Assembly (NCBI GenBank): GCA_965219085.1
Contig: OZ244720.1
Coordinates: forward strand, 448,001 to 512,000
DNA: 64,000 nucleotides
Reading direction: 5' to 3'
Origin: Dehalococcoidia bacterium
GTDB taxonomy: Bacteria; Chloroflexota; Dehalococcoidia; UBA2979
Of the stretch, positions 38,695-48,888 are shown in pieces. Position 1 is the stretch's first letter, and every line of letters starts with the position of its first letter. The notes under the pieces were generated by a model. The model had not been told where the DNA came from, ran no database searches, and saw nothing but the letters and a program-made list of their open reading frames with translations. Both the position numbers and the translations under genes were made by a program.

Positions 38695-40044
38695 ATGAGC
38701 CGCTCGTCTGCCGGCCCGGCCGCCGAAGAGCCACCACCCGTGCCGCCCACCGCGAGGCGGCGAGGCGTGTTCTGGGGCTGGTGGCTCGTCATCGGCGCGA
38801 CCGTCGGGCAGTTCGTGGCCCTGGGCTCCTCCGGCGGGATTGCCGGCGTCTTCCTGCGCCCGATGACCGAGGACCTCGGCTGGACCGCCGCCGAGTACAC
38901 CCTCGGCGGCTCGGCCGCGTTCCTGCTCGGGGGCGCCATCGGCGTCGTGGTCGGGCAACTCGTCGACCGCTACGGCGCGCGGCCGCTGATGCTGGTTGGC
39001 GCGTTCGTCTATGTCGGCTCGTTCCTCGCCATGGCGCGCGTCGAGGTGCTGTGGCAGTTCGTCGTGCTCTCGATGCTGTCAGGGGGCGCGGGCTACACGC
39101 TGGTCGGGCCGCTCGTCGTCAACGCGGCGCTCGCGAAGTGGTTCGTCGTGCGGCGCGGCTGGGCGATCGCGCTGGGCTCCTCGGGCATCTCGCTCGCGGG
39201 GCTGATCATGCCTGTCACGATGACGCGTGTCGTCGACTCGATCGGGTGGCGCGACGCCTACGTGATCCTCGCCGTGTTCGTGTTCGCGATCCTGGCGCCG
39301 GTCGCGCTCGTCATGCGGAGGCAGCCCGAGGACTACGGGCTGCTGCCGGACGGGCTCGACCCCGACGCCGAGGCAGGCGTCGATGCCGAGGCGGTCGAGG
39401 CGCAGGAGCGCGACGCCGCCAACTCCTACACGCGCGGCGAGGCGCTGCGCACGCCCGCGATCTGGCTGCTCATCGCCGGCTTCGGGCTGAACATCATGGC
39501 GCTGACGGCGATCCTCGTACACGCCATCCCGTTCCTCACCGACCACGGGTTCACGCGCACCGAGGCCGCGCTGGCGATCGCCGTCAACGGGGGCGCCAAC
39601 CTCGGCTCGAAGTTCGTGTGGGGCTACTTCCTGCAGCGCGTCAACGTCCGCTACCTGGGTGCGACGGCGCTGTCGATCTCGGCGATGGGGGTGGTGCTCA
39701 TGCTGGTTTCGGGGGAGGCGGGCGCGCTGCCGCTGATGTTCTTCGCGTTTTTCTGCTGGGGCTTCGGCTTCGGCGGCACGATACCGGTGAGCGAGTTCAT
39801 CTGGGCGAAGTACTTCGGGCGCGTGCACATCGGGGCGGTGCGAGGGGTAGGCGTGCCGTTCACCATCGTGTTTGGGGCGCTGGGCCCGATCCTCGCGGGC
39901 CTCTACTTCGACGCAGCCGGGTCGTACGGGGGCGTGTTCGCGTTCTTCGTCGCTGCATACCTCACGGGTGCGCTGGCGATTCTCGCCTCGCGCGAGCCAC
40001 CGCCGAAGCCGGTCCCGGCAGTGGCTACGGGTGACGCCGCCTAG
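38695..40044 (+). CDS. MFS transporter
   Basis: FWGWWLV, GQLVDRYGARP, KWFVVRRGWA, RRQPEDYGLLPDG, YFGRVHIGAVRG. Confidence 0.9.
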   Translation: MSRSSAGPAAEEPPPVPPTARRRGVFWGWWLVIGATVGQFVALGSSGGIAGVFLRPMTEDLGWTAAEYTLGGSAAFLLGGAIGVVVGQLVDRYGARPLMLVGAFVYVGSFLAMARVEVLWQFVVLSMLSGGAGYTLVGPLVVNAALAKWFVVRRGWAIALGSSGISLAGLIMPVTMTRVVDSIGWRDAYVILAVFVFAILAPVALVMRRQPEDYGLLPDGLDPDAEAGVDAEAVEAQERDAANSYTRGEALRTPAIWLLIAGFGLNIMALTAILVHAIPFLTDHGFTRTEAALAIAVNGGANLGSKFVWGYFLQRVNVRYLGATALSISAMGVVLMLVSGEAGALPLMFFAFFCWGFGFGGTIPVSEFIWAKYFGRVHIGAVRGVGVPFTIVFGALGPILAGLYFDAAGSYGGVFAFFVAAYLTGALAILASREPPPKPVPAVATGDAA

Positions 40045-40834
40045 CGCGACAGCACCTCGTCGAAGAACGCGTCGACGCGCGCGTTGAACACCTCGGGCAT
40101 CTCCCAGTACAGCGAGTGGCCAGCCTCCGGCACACGCTCGATGCGCGAGCCGCGCACGCGCTGCTGCGCCGCGGCCGTGACCTCGATCGGTATGACCCCG
40201 TCCTCCTCGCCGGCGAGGAACAGTACCGGCGCCTCGAGCCGCGCGAGGTCCCCGACGGGGATCGCGCCGTCCTCGATCGAGTACGTGCTGGGCAGGTTGA
40301 GCGGGGGGTTGCCGAGCGTACCTGCTGGTAGAGGAAGACGCCCTCGGGGTGCTCGTCCTTGAAGCGCTGCCCGACCATCGTGGTCTGCTCGGCGGCCGGC
40401 CCGGCCGGATCGATCTGGCTGAGGCCCTCCCAGTGCTTGCGCGCCCGCGCAACGAGGTCCTCGTCGCCGACGCCGAGGAAGGTGTTGGCCATGACCAGTG
40501 CCCACACGCGCTCCGGGTGCGTGCCGGCAAAGGTCATGCCCGTGAACCCGCCCATCGATTGCGCCACGATCGCCGTCGACGCGATGCCGAGGTGGTCGAG
40601 GAGTTCCTCGAGGTCGCGGCGGTACGCGCGCATGGTCTCGCCGGAGTGGTCGAGGCTCTGGCCGAAGCCGCGGTGGTCGATCGTGATGCAGCGGTAGCGA
40701 CGCGAGAAGTGCGGGACCTGCTGCCACCAGCTCATGTGGTTCCCGCCCGCGCCGTGCGCGAAGACGATGGCGCGATCGCCATCGCCACCATCCTCGTAGT
40801 ACAGCTCGCCGCCGGTCACCGGGAGCATGGGCAT
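40041..40834 (-). pseudogene. Alpha/beta hydrolase with 1-nt frameshift near 40316 (pseudogene or sequence error)
   Basis: HGAGGN, DHRGFGQS, AQSMGG in one frame; PVLFLAGEEDGVIP and AGHSLYWE.P in another. Confidence 0.75.
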
Positions 40835-40953
40835 CGCAGACCTCCCCGCGGGGTATACCCCGCATCCCAGAGCGATGGTGCCACGTGCGCAGCCTACCCC
40901 GTTATGGGCTCGCGTCGTGGTACCGTCACGCGAGGCACCGAAGGGGGAGCACG

Positions 40954-41814
40954 ATGACGAGCGAGCCGGACACCAGCACCTGGAAGAAGACGCCCGATGG
41001 GATCGCGATCCCGCCGCCCTCGCCCGACGACGTGCTCTACGAGGCCGCCGACGGCGTGGCGAAGATCACGCTCAACCGCCCGATCGTGCTCAACGCGATC
41101 AACAAGAACGTGACGCGGCTCCTCGATGGGGCGCTCGACCAGGCCGAGGCCGACGAGGACGTGCGCGCGGTGATCCTCACCGGCGCCGGCCGCGCCTTCT
41201 CGGCGGGTGGCGACCTGTGGGCCTCGCTCTACCCGGACGACGACCCCGCGCCGGACGCACTCGACGTGCAGCTGCGCATCTGGTCGTTCGACAAGCCGGT
41301 GATCGCGGCCGTGCGCGGCCACGCGGTCGGGCAGGCGTGCGAGCTGGCCGGGGTGTGCGACTTCACGATCGCGGCGGAGAGCGCGCGGCTTGGCGAGATC
41401 CAGATTCGCCACGGCTTCGGCGTGCCCGTGCTGATCACCCCCTACATCACCGGCCAGAAGCAGGCCAAGGAGGTGATGCTGCTGGGCGAGGTGATCCTGC
41501 CCCAGGACGCGCTGCGCATGGGCCTCGTCAATCGCGTCGTGCCCGACGACGAGTTGGACGAGGCGGCGATGGAGATGGCGCGCAAGCTCGCGGCGCTGCC
41601 GCCGGTGGCGGTGCGGCTCAACAAGCGCCTCGTGAACCTCGTGTACGAGCAGATGGGGCTCATCGACGCCGTGCGCTACCGCGACAACGAAGCGCTGCGG
41701 GAGCTGCTCGAGGCCGACGACACCGTCGGCGCGGGACGGCAGCGCATTCGGGAGGAGCAGGGCTGGGCCGCGTTCAAGCGCGAGCGCGACCGCGGATACG
41801 AGCAGTCCGGCTAG
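40954..41814 (+). CDS. Enoyl-CoA hydratase/isomerase family protein
   Basis: ITLNRP..LNAI, LTGAGRAFSAGGDL, KPVIAAVRGHAVG, GLVNRVVP. Confidence 0.92.
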   Translation: MTSEPDTSTWKKTPDGIAIPPPSPDDVLYEAADGVAKITLNRPIVLNAINKNVTRLLDGALDQAEADEDVRAVILTGAGRAFSAGGDLWASLYPDDDPAPDALDVQLRIWSFDKPVIAAVRGHAVGQACELAGVCDFTIAAESARLGEIQIRHGFGVPVLITPYITGQKQAKEVMLLGEVILPQDALRMGLVNRVVPDDELDEAAMEMARKLAALPPVAVRLNKRLVNLVYEQMGLIDAVRYRDNEALRELLEADDTVGAGRQRIREEQGWAAFKRERDRGYEQSG

Positions 41815-41909
41815 CAAGAACGCCCAGGCGCCCGCGCGGTGGCGCGGAGCGGTCGCGGCGCTAGAATAGCCCGCGCAATGCCCACGGGCGCCAACAAGGA
41901 GGCTGCCGC

Positions 41910-43403
41910 ATCGCCAGCACATACTCACCGGTAGCCGTCGACCACCAACTCGACCCCATCTTCAACCCGCGAGGGGTCGCCGTCGTCGGCGTTTCGACGC
42001 GGCCAGGGCCCGACGGGCGCATGGGGGGCATCTTCCTCAACGCGCTGCTCGAACAGGGGTACCAGCACGAGCACGGCCTCTACGCCGTGAACCCGAAGAT
42101 GACCGAAGTGCGGGGCGTCACCTGCTACCCGAGCCTCCTCGCCTGCCCCGACCCGGTTGACCACGTCATCTCGCAGATCCCCTCCGAGGGGCTCCCCGAG
42201 TTGGTCGAGCAGTGCATCGCGAAGGGCGTGCGCTCGCTCCACTCGTTCACGGCGGGCCTCGCCGAGACGGGCGACCCGCAGCTCGTCGCGCAGGAGCGCG
42301 ATATGGTGCAGCGCGCCAACGCTGCCGGGATGCGCCTGATCGGCCCGAACTGCATGGGGCTGTACGTCCCCGGCGTGGGCCTCGGCTTCAACCCGCGCTC
42401 GCCGAGTGAGCCGGGCAACGTGTTCTTGCTCTCGCAGTCGGGCGCCAACGCCGGCGGGATCATCGACGGCCTCGGGCGGCGCGGGCTGCGCTTCTCCAAG
42501 GGCGTCTCCTACGGCAATGCCGCCGACCTCAAGTCGCACGATTTCCTCGACTACGCGCTGCACGACCCGCAGACCGAGCTCATCGTCGCCTACGTCGAGG
42601 GGCCTCGTAACGGCCGCGCGTTCTTCGATGCCCTCAAGAAGCTGGCGCGCGTGAAGCCGACGATCGTGCTCAAGGGCGGCATCACCGACGATGGCGCGCG
42701 CGCCGCGAACTCGCACACCGGCTCGCTCGCCGGCTCCATCGACGTCTTCGACGCCGTCTGCCGGCAGGCCGGGGCGGTGCGCGCGCGCACGCTCGAGGAC
42801 CTGCTCGACCTCGCCGTGGCCATGACCACGGACATGCGCTACCTGCTGGGCAACAAGGTCACGCTCGTCGGCGCGGGCGGCGGCTTCGCCGTGCTCTCCA
42901 CCGACCAGATGGCCATGGAGGGCCTCACGGTGCCGTGGCTGCCCGAAGCGACCCAGGAGCAACTGCGGGAGATCATCCCCATCGCCGGGACGAGCATCCG
43001 CAACCCCGTCGACGCCAACTTCGGGCGCGACCACCCGATGGACTTCAGCAGCGACACCGGCCTCACGAGGCGCGTGTTCCAGTCGATCGCCGCGGCGCAC
43101 TCGACCGACCTCGTGCTCACGACCGTCGGTACGCGCTGGTACCCCGGCCAGGACCACTCGGACGCGGCACGCCAGGAGCAGCTCTCGCTGACCGCCGAGG
43201 AACTCTCGCTCATCTCGCGCGAACACCAGGTGCCGATGGCGCTGATCCTGCGCGAGGCGAGGCTGGAGGACGCGGGCGATTTCGTGCACGACCACGGCGT
43301 CGCGTCGTTCCCGTCGATCGAGCGCGCGGCGCGCGCCGCCGCGACGATCCTCGAGTGGAAGCGACGGCGCGAGGGGTTGCCGGACTTCTTCACGTACAAC
43401 TAG
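41910..43403 (+). CDS. CoA-binding protein, acyl-CoA synthetase (NDP-forming) alpha-subunit-like; probable ATC start
   Basis: LDPIFNPRGVAVVGVS upstream of the track start, IGPNCMG, SQSG, SYGNAADL, AANSHTGSLAG phospho-His motif, NPVD. Confidence 0.85.
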   Translation: MASTYSPVAVDHQLDPIFNPRGVAVVGVSTRPGPDGRMGGIFLNALLEQGYQHEHGLYAVNPKMTEVRGVTCYPSLLACPDPVDHVISQIPSEGLPELVEQCIAKGVRSLHSFTAGLAETGDPQLVAQERDMVQRANAAGMRLIGPNCMGLYVPGVGLGFNPRSPSEPGNVFLLSQSGANAGGIIDGLGRRGLRFSKGVSYGNAADLKSHDFLDYALHDPQTELIVAYVEGPRNGRAFFDALKKLARVKPTIVLKGGITDDGARAANSHTGSLAGSIDVFDAVCRQAGAVRARTLEDLLDLAVAMTTDMRYLLGNKVTLVGAGGGFAVLSTDQMAMEGLTVPWLPEATQEQLREIIPIAGTSIRNPVDANFGRDHPMDFSSDTGLTRRVFQSIAAAHSTDLVLTTVGTRWYPGQDHSDAARQEQLSLTAEELSLISREHQVPMALILREARLEDAGDFVHDHGVASFPSIERAARAAATILEWKRRREGLPDFFTYN

Positions 43404-43521
43404 CGGTCCACGGGGAGCGGCCGCCCGCGATGCGCCGGGCCGCGGGCCCGGCGCGGCGCTGGCGTGCGTTGTGAGAACATAGACAGCCGCTACGCCGCAC
43501 ACCCACCGCACACGGGAGACC

Positions 43522-44979
43522 ATGGCTCGCACGTCCACAGGCACTACGCCCCCCTCGCCCGCCGCCGATCAGCGCCGCTGCCCGCGCTGCGGGCGTGATG
43601 TGCTCAAGACCAGCATTCGCTGCCGCTTCTGCATGGTCGACCTGCGCGACACCAGGGACTACGGCCCCGTGCGCGTCAGGCGCGCGAGCGGCCGCCGGCT
43701 CCCGCAGATCCGCCACCGCTGGACGCGCCGGCGTGGGTTCATCGTCATCTTTGTCATGGTGGTGCTCTTCTACGGCGGGCGCTGGGCCTGGGACAACCAC
43801 ATCTCGACGCCCGCGCCGCTCCCGTTGGGGACCTCGCCCGCGATTAGCCTTCTCGAGGCGCCCTCAGCCATCTGGCCCACCCCCAACGGTGGGCTGTACC
43901 AGAACCGCGTTACCGGCGCGCGTCCCGCGCTCGGCGGCGAGGTGGCGTGGCGGATCAGCCTGCCCGAGGTGGTCTTGCGCGCCCCCGTGGCCGACGAGGA
44001 GCGCCTCTACATCACCTACCGCGACAGCTTCGGCGCCTACTCGCTCGAGGACGGCAGCGAGGTGTGGCGGATCGCCCGCCCCGGCCTGCTGAGCTCCCCG
44101 GCAATCGTCGACGACCGGTTATATCTCGCGCTGCGCAGCGGGCGCGTGCTTGGCATTGACGCGGCGACGGGCGAGTTCGAGTGGACCACGATCCTCGATG
44201 AGGAGCTGTTCACCACCCCGATCGTCTTCCGGGGCGTGCTCTACGTCTACGCACCGGGCCGCATCCACGGCCTCGACGCCGAGAACGGGGACTGGCTGTG
44301 GAGCCGGGACATTGAGGGCAGCTTCGGCGAGATCTCGCCCGTGGTCGACGAGCGCCACATCGCCCTCGCGGCCCGCAAGGCAGTCGTGCTCCTCGATCGC
44401 GAGACCGGCGTGCGCACGTTCCGCCACCCGCACACCTCGACCAGCGGGTTGGTGTTCGGCGATGGCTTCGTGTACAGCATCTCACCGGGGTTCGCGGCCG
44501 GGATCGACCCGGAGTCGACCCTGCCGTGGTGGGAAGGCACGCGGCTGTACTGGAACTGGCTCTGGGCGTTCGGCGCGGCGCCGCGGCCGCCACGGCCGGA
44601 GGTCGAGTGGGTGTCACGCGAGCGGCCGAGCGAGCTGCGTTCGGGCACCGCCTTCACGCTCATGTTCAAGCCGGTATTCGACGGCGAGCGCATCATCACC
44701 TCGGACACCACGGGCCTGGTGCGCGCGTTCGACGGGACGAACGGCGTGCTGGTGTGGGAGACGGACCTCGACGCCGTGCACGGCCCCCCTACCGCGACGC
44801 CAGACGGCCTGCTGGTACCCCTCACCGACTCGATCGCGCTGCTCGAGATCGAGACCGGCGAGTTGCTGGCCGAACGGCAACTCGGCGCCGTCGGCACGCG
44901 CGTCAAGCGCTGGGTGGTCGTGGTGCAGCAGGGCACGTTCGTCGTCGATGCGCCGGGCTCGGCGCTGGCGTTGCGGTAG
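43522..44979 (+). CDS. Membrane-anchored PQQ-like beta-propeller protein with N-terminal zinc ribbon
   Basis: CPRC..CRFC, one TM segment, repeated (L/I)DA.TG...W motifs. Confidence 0.75.
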   Translation: MARTSTGTTPPSPAADQRRCPRCGRDVLKTSIRCRFCMVDLRDTRDYGPVRVRRASGRRLPQIRHRWTRRRGFIVIFVMVVLFYGGRWAWDNHISTPAPLPLGTSPAISLLEAPSAIWPTPNGGLYQNRVTGARPALGGEVAWRISLPEVVLRAPVADEERLYITYRDSFGAYSLEDGSEVWRIARPGLLSSPAIVDDRLYLALRSGRVLGIDAATGEFEWTTILDEELFTTPIVFRGVLYVYAPGRIHGLDAENGDWLWSRDIEGSFGEISPVVDERHIALAARKAVVLLDRETGVRTFRHPHTSTSGLVFGDGFVYSISPGFAAGIDPESTLPWWEGTRLYWNWLWAFGAAPRPPRPEVEWVSRERPSELRSGTAFTLMFKPVFDGERIITSDTTGLVRAFDGTNGVLVWETDLDAVHGPPTATPDGLLVPLTDSIALLEIETGELLAERQLGAVGTRVKRWVVVVQQGTFVVDAPGSALALR

Positions 44980-45009
44980 CTGTGTGAACGAGCGCGAGGA
45001 GCCACGCAC

Positions 45010-46251
45010 ATGCTGAGCGCAACGGACGCAGCCCCGCCGAGGCGCTACCGCTTCGTGGTCGAGGGCACCCTGCTGTGGGTGCAGATCGCCATGGGGCTCA
45101 GCTTCATCGCGGTTGCCCCGCTCTTCCCGCTGATCATCGATGAGTACGGCGTCGACAACGCGACCGCGAGCCTGCTCATCGGTGGCACCGCGCTGGCGTT
45201 CGCGATTTCGACGATCCCGGGCGGCCTCGTCGCGGCGCGCTTCGGCTGGTGGCGCGCGACGTTCTTCGGCGGCCTGCTGATGTCGTCGATGGTGTTCTCG
45301 CCGTTCGCCGCGAACTTCGCGATGCTGCTCGGGCTGCGGCTCGCCTTCGCCGTCGGGGGCGCGACCGTGATGGGCGCGCTGCCGTCGGCGGTGATGAGCT
45401 GGTTCCCGATGCGCGAGCTGCCTGTGGTCAACGGCACGAACATCGTCGGACAGAGCGTGGGTGTCACCGTGTCCGTGTTCTCGGTCGCGTTCATCGCCGA
45501 ACTCGTCGGGTGGCGCGAGTCGCTCATGCTGTTCGGCTTTGTGGGGCTCACCGGGGTATGTGTGTTCGCGCTGTTCGCGCGGAGTCCCGAGCGGCCGGCC
45601 GGCGCGCCGGTGCGCCCGCCCGTCTCGTTCGCCCTGCTGGGCTCGGTCGCACGCGACCGACCGACGCTGCTGCTTGGCATCGGCGTCGCGGGCGTCGTGG
45701 GGGCGTTCATCGGCCTCAACGCGTGGCTGCCGACGTACTACCAGGAGGAGTTCGGGTTCACGCTGGAGCGCTCCGGGCAGGTGGTGGCGATCCCGTCGTT
45801 CTTCGGGATCATCGGCTCGCTGGTTGGTTCGTGGCTGCCCGTCATGCTCGGGCGCCGCAAGCCGCTCATCATGCTCCCGGGGTTCGTGATGCCGTTCGCC
45901 GTGATCGGCTGCTTCGTCACGGACGCGCCGTACGTGCTGTACCCGAGTCTCGCGCTGCTCGGGTTCGTGACCTGGCTCCACTTCCCCTCGGGGCTGACCT
46001 TGCTCATGGAGTTGGGTGGGGCGACGCTGGAGCGCGCCACGCTCTCCGTCGCGATGATGCTGACGGTCGGCAACATCACCGGCTTCTTCTCGCCGCTGAT
46101 GGTCGGCTTCCTGCGCGATCAGACGGGCAGCTTCGGGCTCGGCTTCACCCTCTGCGCGCTGTTCCCGCTCACGCTTATCTTGGCCGGCGCGCTCCTCCCG
46201 GAAACCGGCCCCCGCGGCCGGCGACCTACTCCAGTCGCCGAGGCCTCGTAG
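45010..46251 (+). CDS. MFS transporter (CynX-like)
   Basis: About 12 hydrophobic segments, GLVAARFGW, WLPTYY, GFLRDQTGSF, LPETGP. Confidence 0.85.
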   Translation: MLSATDAAPPRRYRFVVEGTLLWVQIAMGLSFIAVAPLFPLIIDEYGVDNATASLLIGGTALAFAISTIPGGLVAARFGWWRATFFGGLLMSSMVFSPFAANFAMLLGLRLAFAVGGATVMGALPSAVMSWFPMRELPVVNGTNIVGQSVGVTVSVFSVAFIAELVGWRESLMLFGFVGLTGVCVFALFARSPERPAGAPVRPPVSFALLGSVARDRPTLLLGIGVAGVVGAFIGLNAWLPTYYQEEFGFTLERSGQVVAIPSFFGIIGSLVGSWLPVMLGRRKPLIMLPGFVMPFAVIGCFVTDAPYVLYPSLALLGFVTWLHFPSGLTLLMELGGATLERATLSVAMMLTVGNITGFFSPLMVGFLRDQTGSFGLGFTLCALFPLTLILAGALLPETGPRGRRPTPVAEAS

Positions 46252-46257
46252 CCTCGC

Positions 46258-47205
46258 CTACACCACCGCGATCGGGTTCACGGGCGAGCCGGTGCCGCCG
46301 CGCACGCTCAGCGGCGCGACCATGAGCAGGAACTCCCACCGCCCTGCCTCGGCGCACGCGTCCGCGAGGTCCTCGAGGTTGGCGTTGTCCAGCAGCGGCA
46401 TCCCCATGTACGGGATCACGATCTCGTGGATGGGCACCCGGATCGGCTCGCCGTCCGGCCGCTGCAGACCGATGCCCAGCGGCTGCTGACCGGCGTCGAG
46501 CAGGTCCCAGACGAGCAGCGAGGCGTCGTTGTTGTACAGGAACTCGATGGCCGAGCCATGCACGCCCGGCATGTCGTTGAACATCCCCATCTGGAAGTCC
46601 GGCCGCGAGGCGTAGAACGCGTTCGCGCCGGAGCGCACGACCACGGCGTCGCCCGGCATCGGTTCGACGCCCTGCGCCGCGGCGATGTCCTGGAGCTCCC
46701 AGCCGTGTACGGGGGTGTCGATGGTGACGAAGTCCGTACCGCGGTAGCGCGGCACGTCGTACAGCACCGCGCGCGTGACGATGCCGTCGTGGTACGACTC
46801 GACGGAGCCGCTCCCGGCGCCGTCGAGCGTGACGTCGGAGCTGGGACGGCCGTTGTAGAGGGCATTCTCGGGCCCGGCGAAGACGTGGCACAACGCATCG
46901 AGGTGCGTGGTGGTCCAGCCGTGGAAGTTGATGCTGATGCGGTCGCCGGAGCCCATTTCCATGACGTGCATCTCCTGCTCGAAGCCCGACACCATGCTCG
47001 AACGCGGCTCCTTGCTGATGACGAGCGAGAGCGAGATGGTGCGGCCCTGCTGCGGGAGGGTGAGGGCGTGGCGGCGCACCTCGGGCGTGATGTGGTTGAG
47101 CGTGCCGAGGTGGTCGTCGGGTCCCCAGCGCCCCCAGTTTCTGAAGCGCTCGCGGTAGGTCTCGTACTCCTCCGGGGTGGGAGGCGTGCGGTCGGCCAGG
47201 CTCAT
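46258..47205 (-). CDS. Cyclase family (kynurenine formamidase-like) metal hydrolase
   Basis: NWGRWGPDDHLGTLNHIT, HGWTTTHLDALCH, GIVTRAVLYD, GGTGSPVNPIA. Confidence 0.9.
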   Translation of the reverse strand: MSLADRTPPTPEEYETYRERFRNWGRWGPDDHLGTLNHITPEVRRHALTLPQQGRTISLSLVISKEPRSSMVSGFEQEMHVMEMGSGDRISINFHGWTTTHLDALCHVFAGPENALYNGRPSSDVTLDGAGSGSVESYHDGIVTRAVLYDVPRYRGTDFVTIDTPVHGWELQDIAAAQGVEPMPGDAVVVRSGANAFYASRPDFQMGMFNDMPGVHGSAIEFLYNNDASLLVWDLLDAGQQPLGIGLQRPDGEPIRVPIHEIVIPYMGMPLLDNANLEDLADACAEAGRWEFLLMVAPLSVRGGTGSPVNPIAVV

Positions 47206-47303
47206 CGCGTGCTCCTCTGCGCTGCGGCCGGGATTCGGCGCGGCGACGGTATCACGGGGGTCGAAACGAGTGGGATACTCGCGACCGCGAGGGGAGCGAG
47301 CGT

Positions 47304-48008
47304 GTGAGTAAGGTGGTCGGTCTCGACGGGTGCCCAGACGGGTGGATCGCCGCTGTGATAGAGGACGGCCGACTCGCGTGTTTCGAGTTCCACGAGGCAG
47401 CACGAGCGGCGCTCGATGCTCACCCGGGCGCTGCGGTGTTCGCGTTCGACATCCCGGTTGGTCTCAGTGCGGGCGGGAGACGGGAAGCTGACGAAGCTGC
47501 GCGCCGCTTTCTGCGCGGGCGCGCGAGTAGCGTGTTCAACGCACCTCCACGCCTCGTCCTCGACATTGCGAGTTCGGCTGTTGGGGCCAAGAGCCGTGCG
47601 GAAGCCTATGCCGAGGCGAACGAGGCAACCAGGCAAGTGAGCGGGCGCGGCCTATTCAGCCAGAGCTTCGCCCTCGCAATGAAGATTACCGATGTGGACC
47701 TCGTGTCGGGAGACCCCCGAGTCTTCGAGGCGCATCCCGAGGTCACATTCGCCGAACTCTCGAATCGCGAGACCCTGGATGGAGAGCAGCGCGCGGCGCT
47801 GCATGAGCCCATCCCACGTCTTCTTGCGGGGGAGCAGCCGTCCGCTCCCGACGTGGTCGGGGATGTAAGCGCGAAGGCCGCGGCGGACGACATCGTCGAT
47901 GCGGTCGCCTGCGCGTGGACGGCGGGGCGCATCGCCGTCGGCGCTGCGCGCTCGTTGCCCGACCCGCCGGAACGGATCGACGGGCGCGAGGTGGCGATCT
48001 GGTGCTAG
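47304..48008 (+). CDS. DUF429 domain protein (RNase H-like predicted nuclease)
   Basis: GLDGCPDGW, DIPVGL, R.AD..AR, SSVF..PPR, EAHPEV.F, DDIVDAVAC. Confidence 0.85.
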   Translation: MSKVVGLDGCPDGWIAAVIEDGRLACFEFHEAARAALDAHPGAAVFAFDIPVGLSAGGRREADEAARRFLRGRASSVFNAPPRLVLDIASSAVGAKSRAEAYAEANEATRQVSGRGLFSQSFALAMKITDVDLVSGDPRVFEAHPEVTFAELSNRETLDGEQRAALHEPIPRLLAGEQPSAPDVVGDVSAKAAADDIVDAVACAWTAGRIAVGAARSLPDPPERIDGREVAIWC

Positions 48009-48028
48009 ACGGCCGCTGACGGCCGGGC

Positions 48029-48832
48029 CTACTCGCGCGCGGGGGCGTTGGTGTCGATGAAGCGGCCGAGCGCCTCCATGTAGGGCACCTGGCCGACCCA
48101 GAGGATGGTGTTGTGGTCCCCGTACGGGATCACCACGATCTCCCGTGACGTGTCCTCCAGCAGGTTGTAGAGCTCCGCCGCCGACTGCATCGGGACGAGT
48201 TGGTCGACCTCGCCGTGGAGCTGCATCGTCGGCAGGCGGATCGAGCGGATCTTCGCCTCGTGCGCGTCGATCAGCTCGAGCGCGGTCGCGTGCTCCGCGA
48301 TGCCGAAGCGCTCGAGCATCCCCCGCACCCCCGCCGCGCCGCTCTCGATGACGACGCCACGGAAGCCCTCGGACGCGCTCGCGGCGACCTCGAGCGCGGG
48401 CGAGGCGCCCATGCTGCGGCCCATCACGAAGCGCCGCCGGTCGTAGCCGAGCTCGTCGAGCGTTGCCTGGAAGAAGGCGGCGACGGGGCGGGCGTCGGCC
48501 GTGAGGTGCTCCATCGAGGATGTGCCGCCGCTCTTCCCGTACCCGCGGAACTCGGCGACGAAGAGGTTGATGCCGTGGTCGTAGTAGAGGCTGATGAACT
48601 GGTCGTGATCGCCGACGATCTCGCCGTTGCCGTGGAAGTAGAGGATCGTCGGGTACTCGGGCCCTGGTTGGTGGTAGAAACGCGCGCCGACCGAGACACC
48701 GGGGTCGACCTCGATCAGGTAGTCGGTGGCGCCCTCCGGCGGTCCGCCGTGATCCGGGCGTGGGAAGAACGCCATCGAGGCCGCGCCGAGGCGGTCCAGC
48801 AGGGCGTAGTCGGGTTCGTTCGCGTCGGGCAT
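48029..48832 (-). CDS. Alpha/beta hydrolase
   Basis: LYFHGNGE, EFRGYGKS, GRSMG, LHGEVDQLVP, DHN. Confidence 0.88.
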   Translation of the reverse strand: MPDANEPDYALLDRLGAASMAFFPRPDHGGPPEGATDYLIEVDPGVSVGARFYHQPGPEYPTILYFHGNGEIVGDHDQFISLYYDHGINLFVAEFRGYGKSGGTSSMEHLTADARPVAAFFQATLDELGYDRRRFVMGRSMGASPALEVAASASEGFRGVVIESGAAGVRGMLERFGIAEHATALELIDAHEAKIRSIRLPTMQLHGEVDQLVPMQSAAELYNLLEDTSREIVVIPYGDHNTILWVGQVPYMEALGRFIDTNAPARE

Positions 48833-48888
48833 CGCCGCCTCCTCGCGTGGTGGGGCGATGATACGTGAGCGGGTGGGTGATGGGCGGG

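Noticed and set aside
38351-38698. Plus-strand 115-aa ORF over the low-GC patch
   Set aside because: No SD; the minus-strand 39-aa ORF has an SD, a -10 and a terminator
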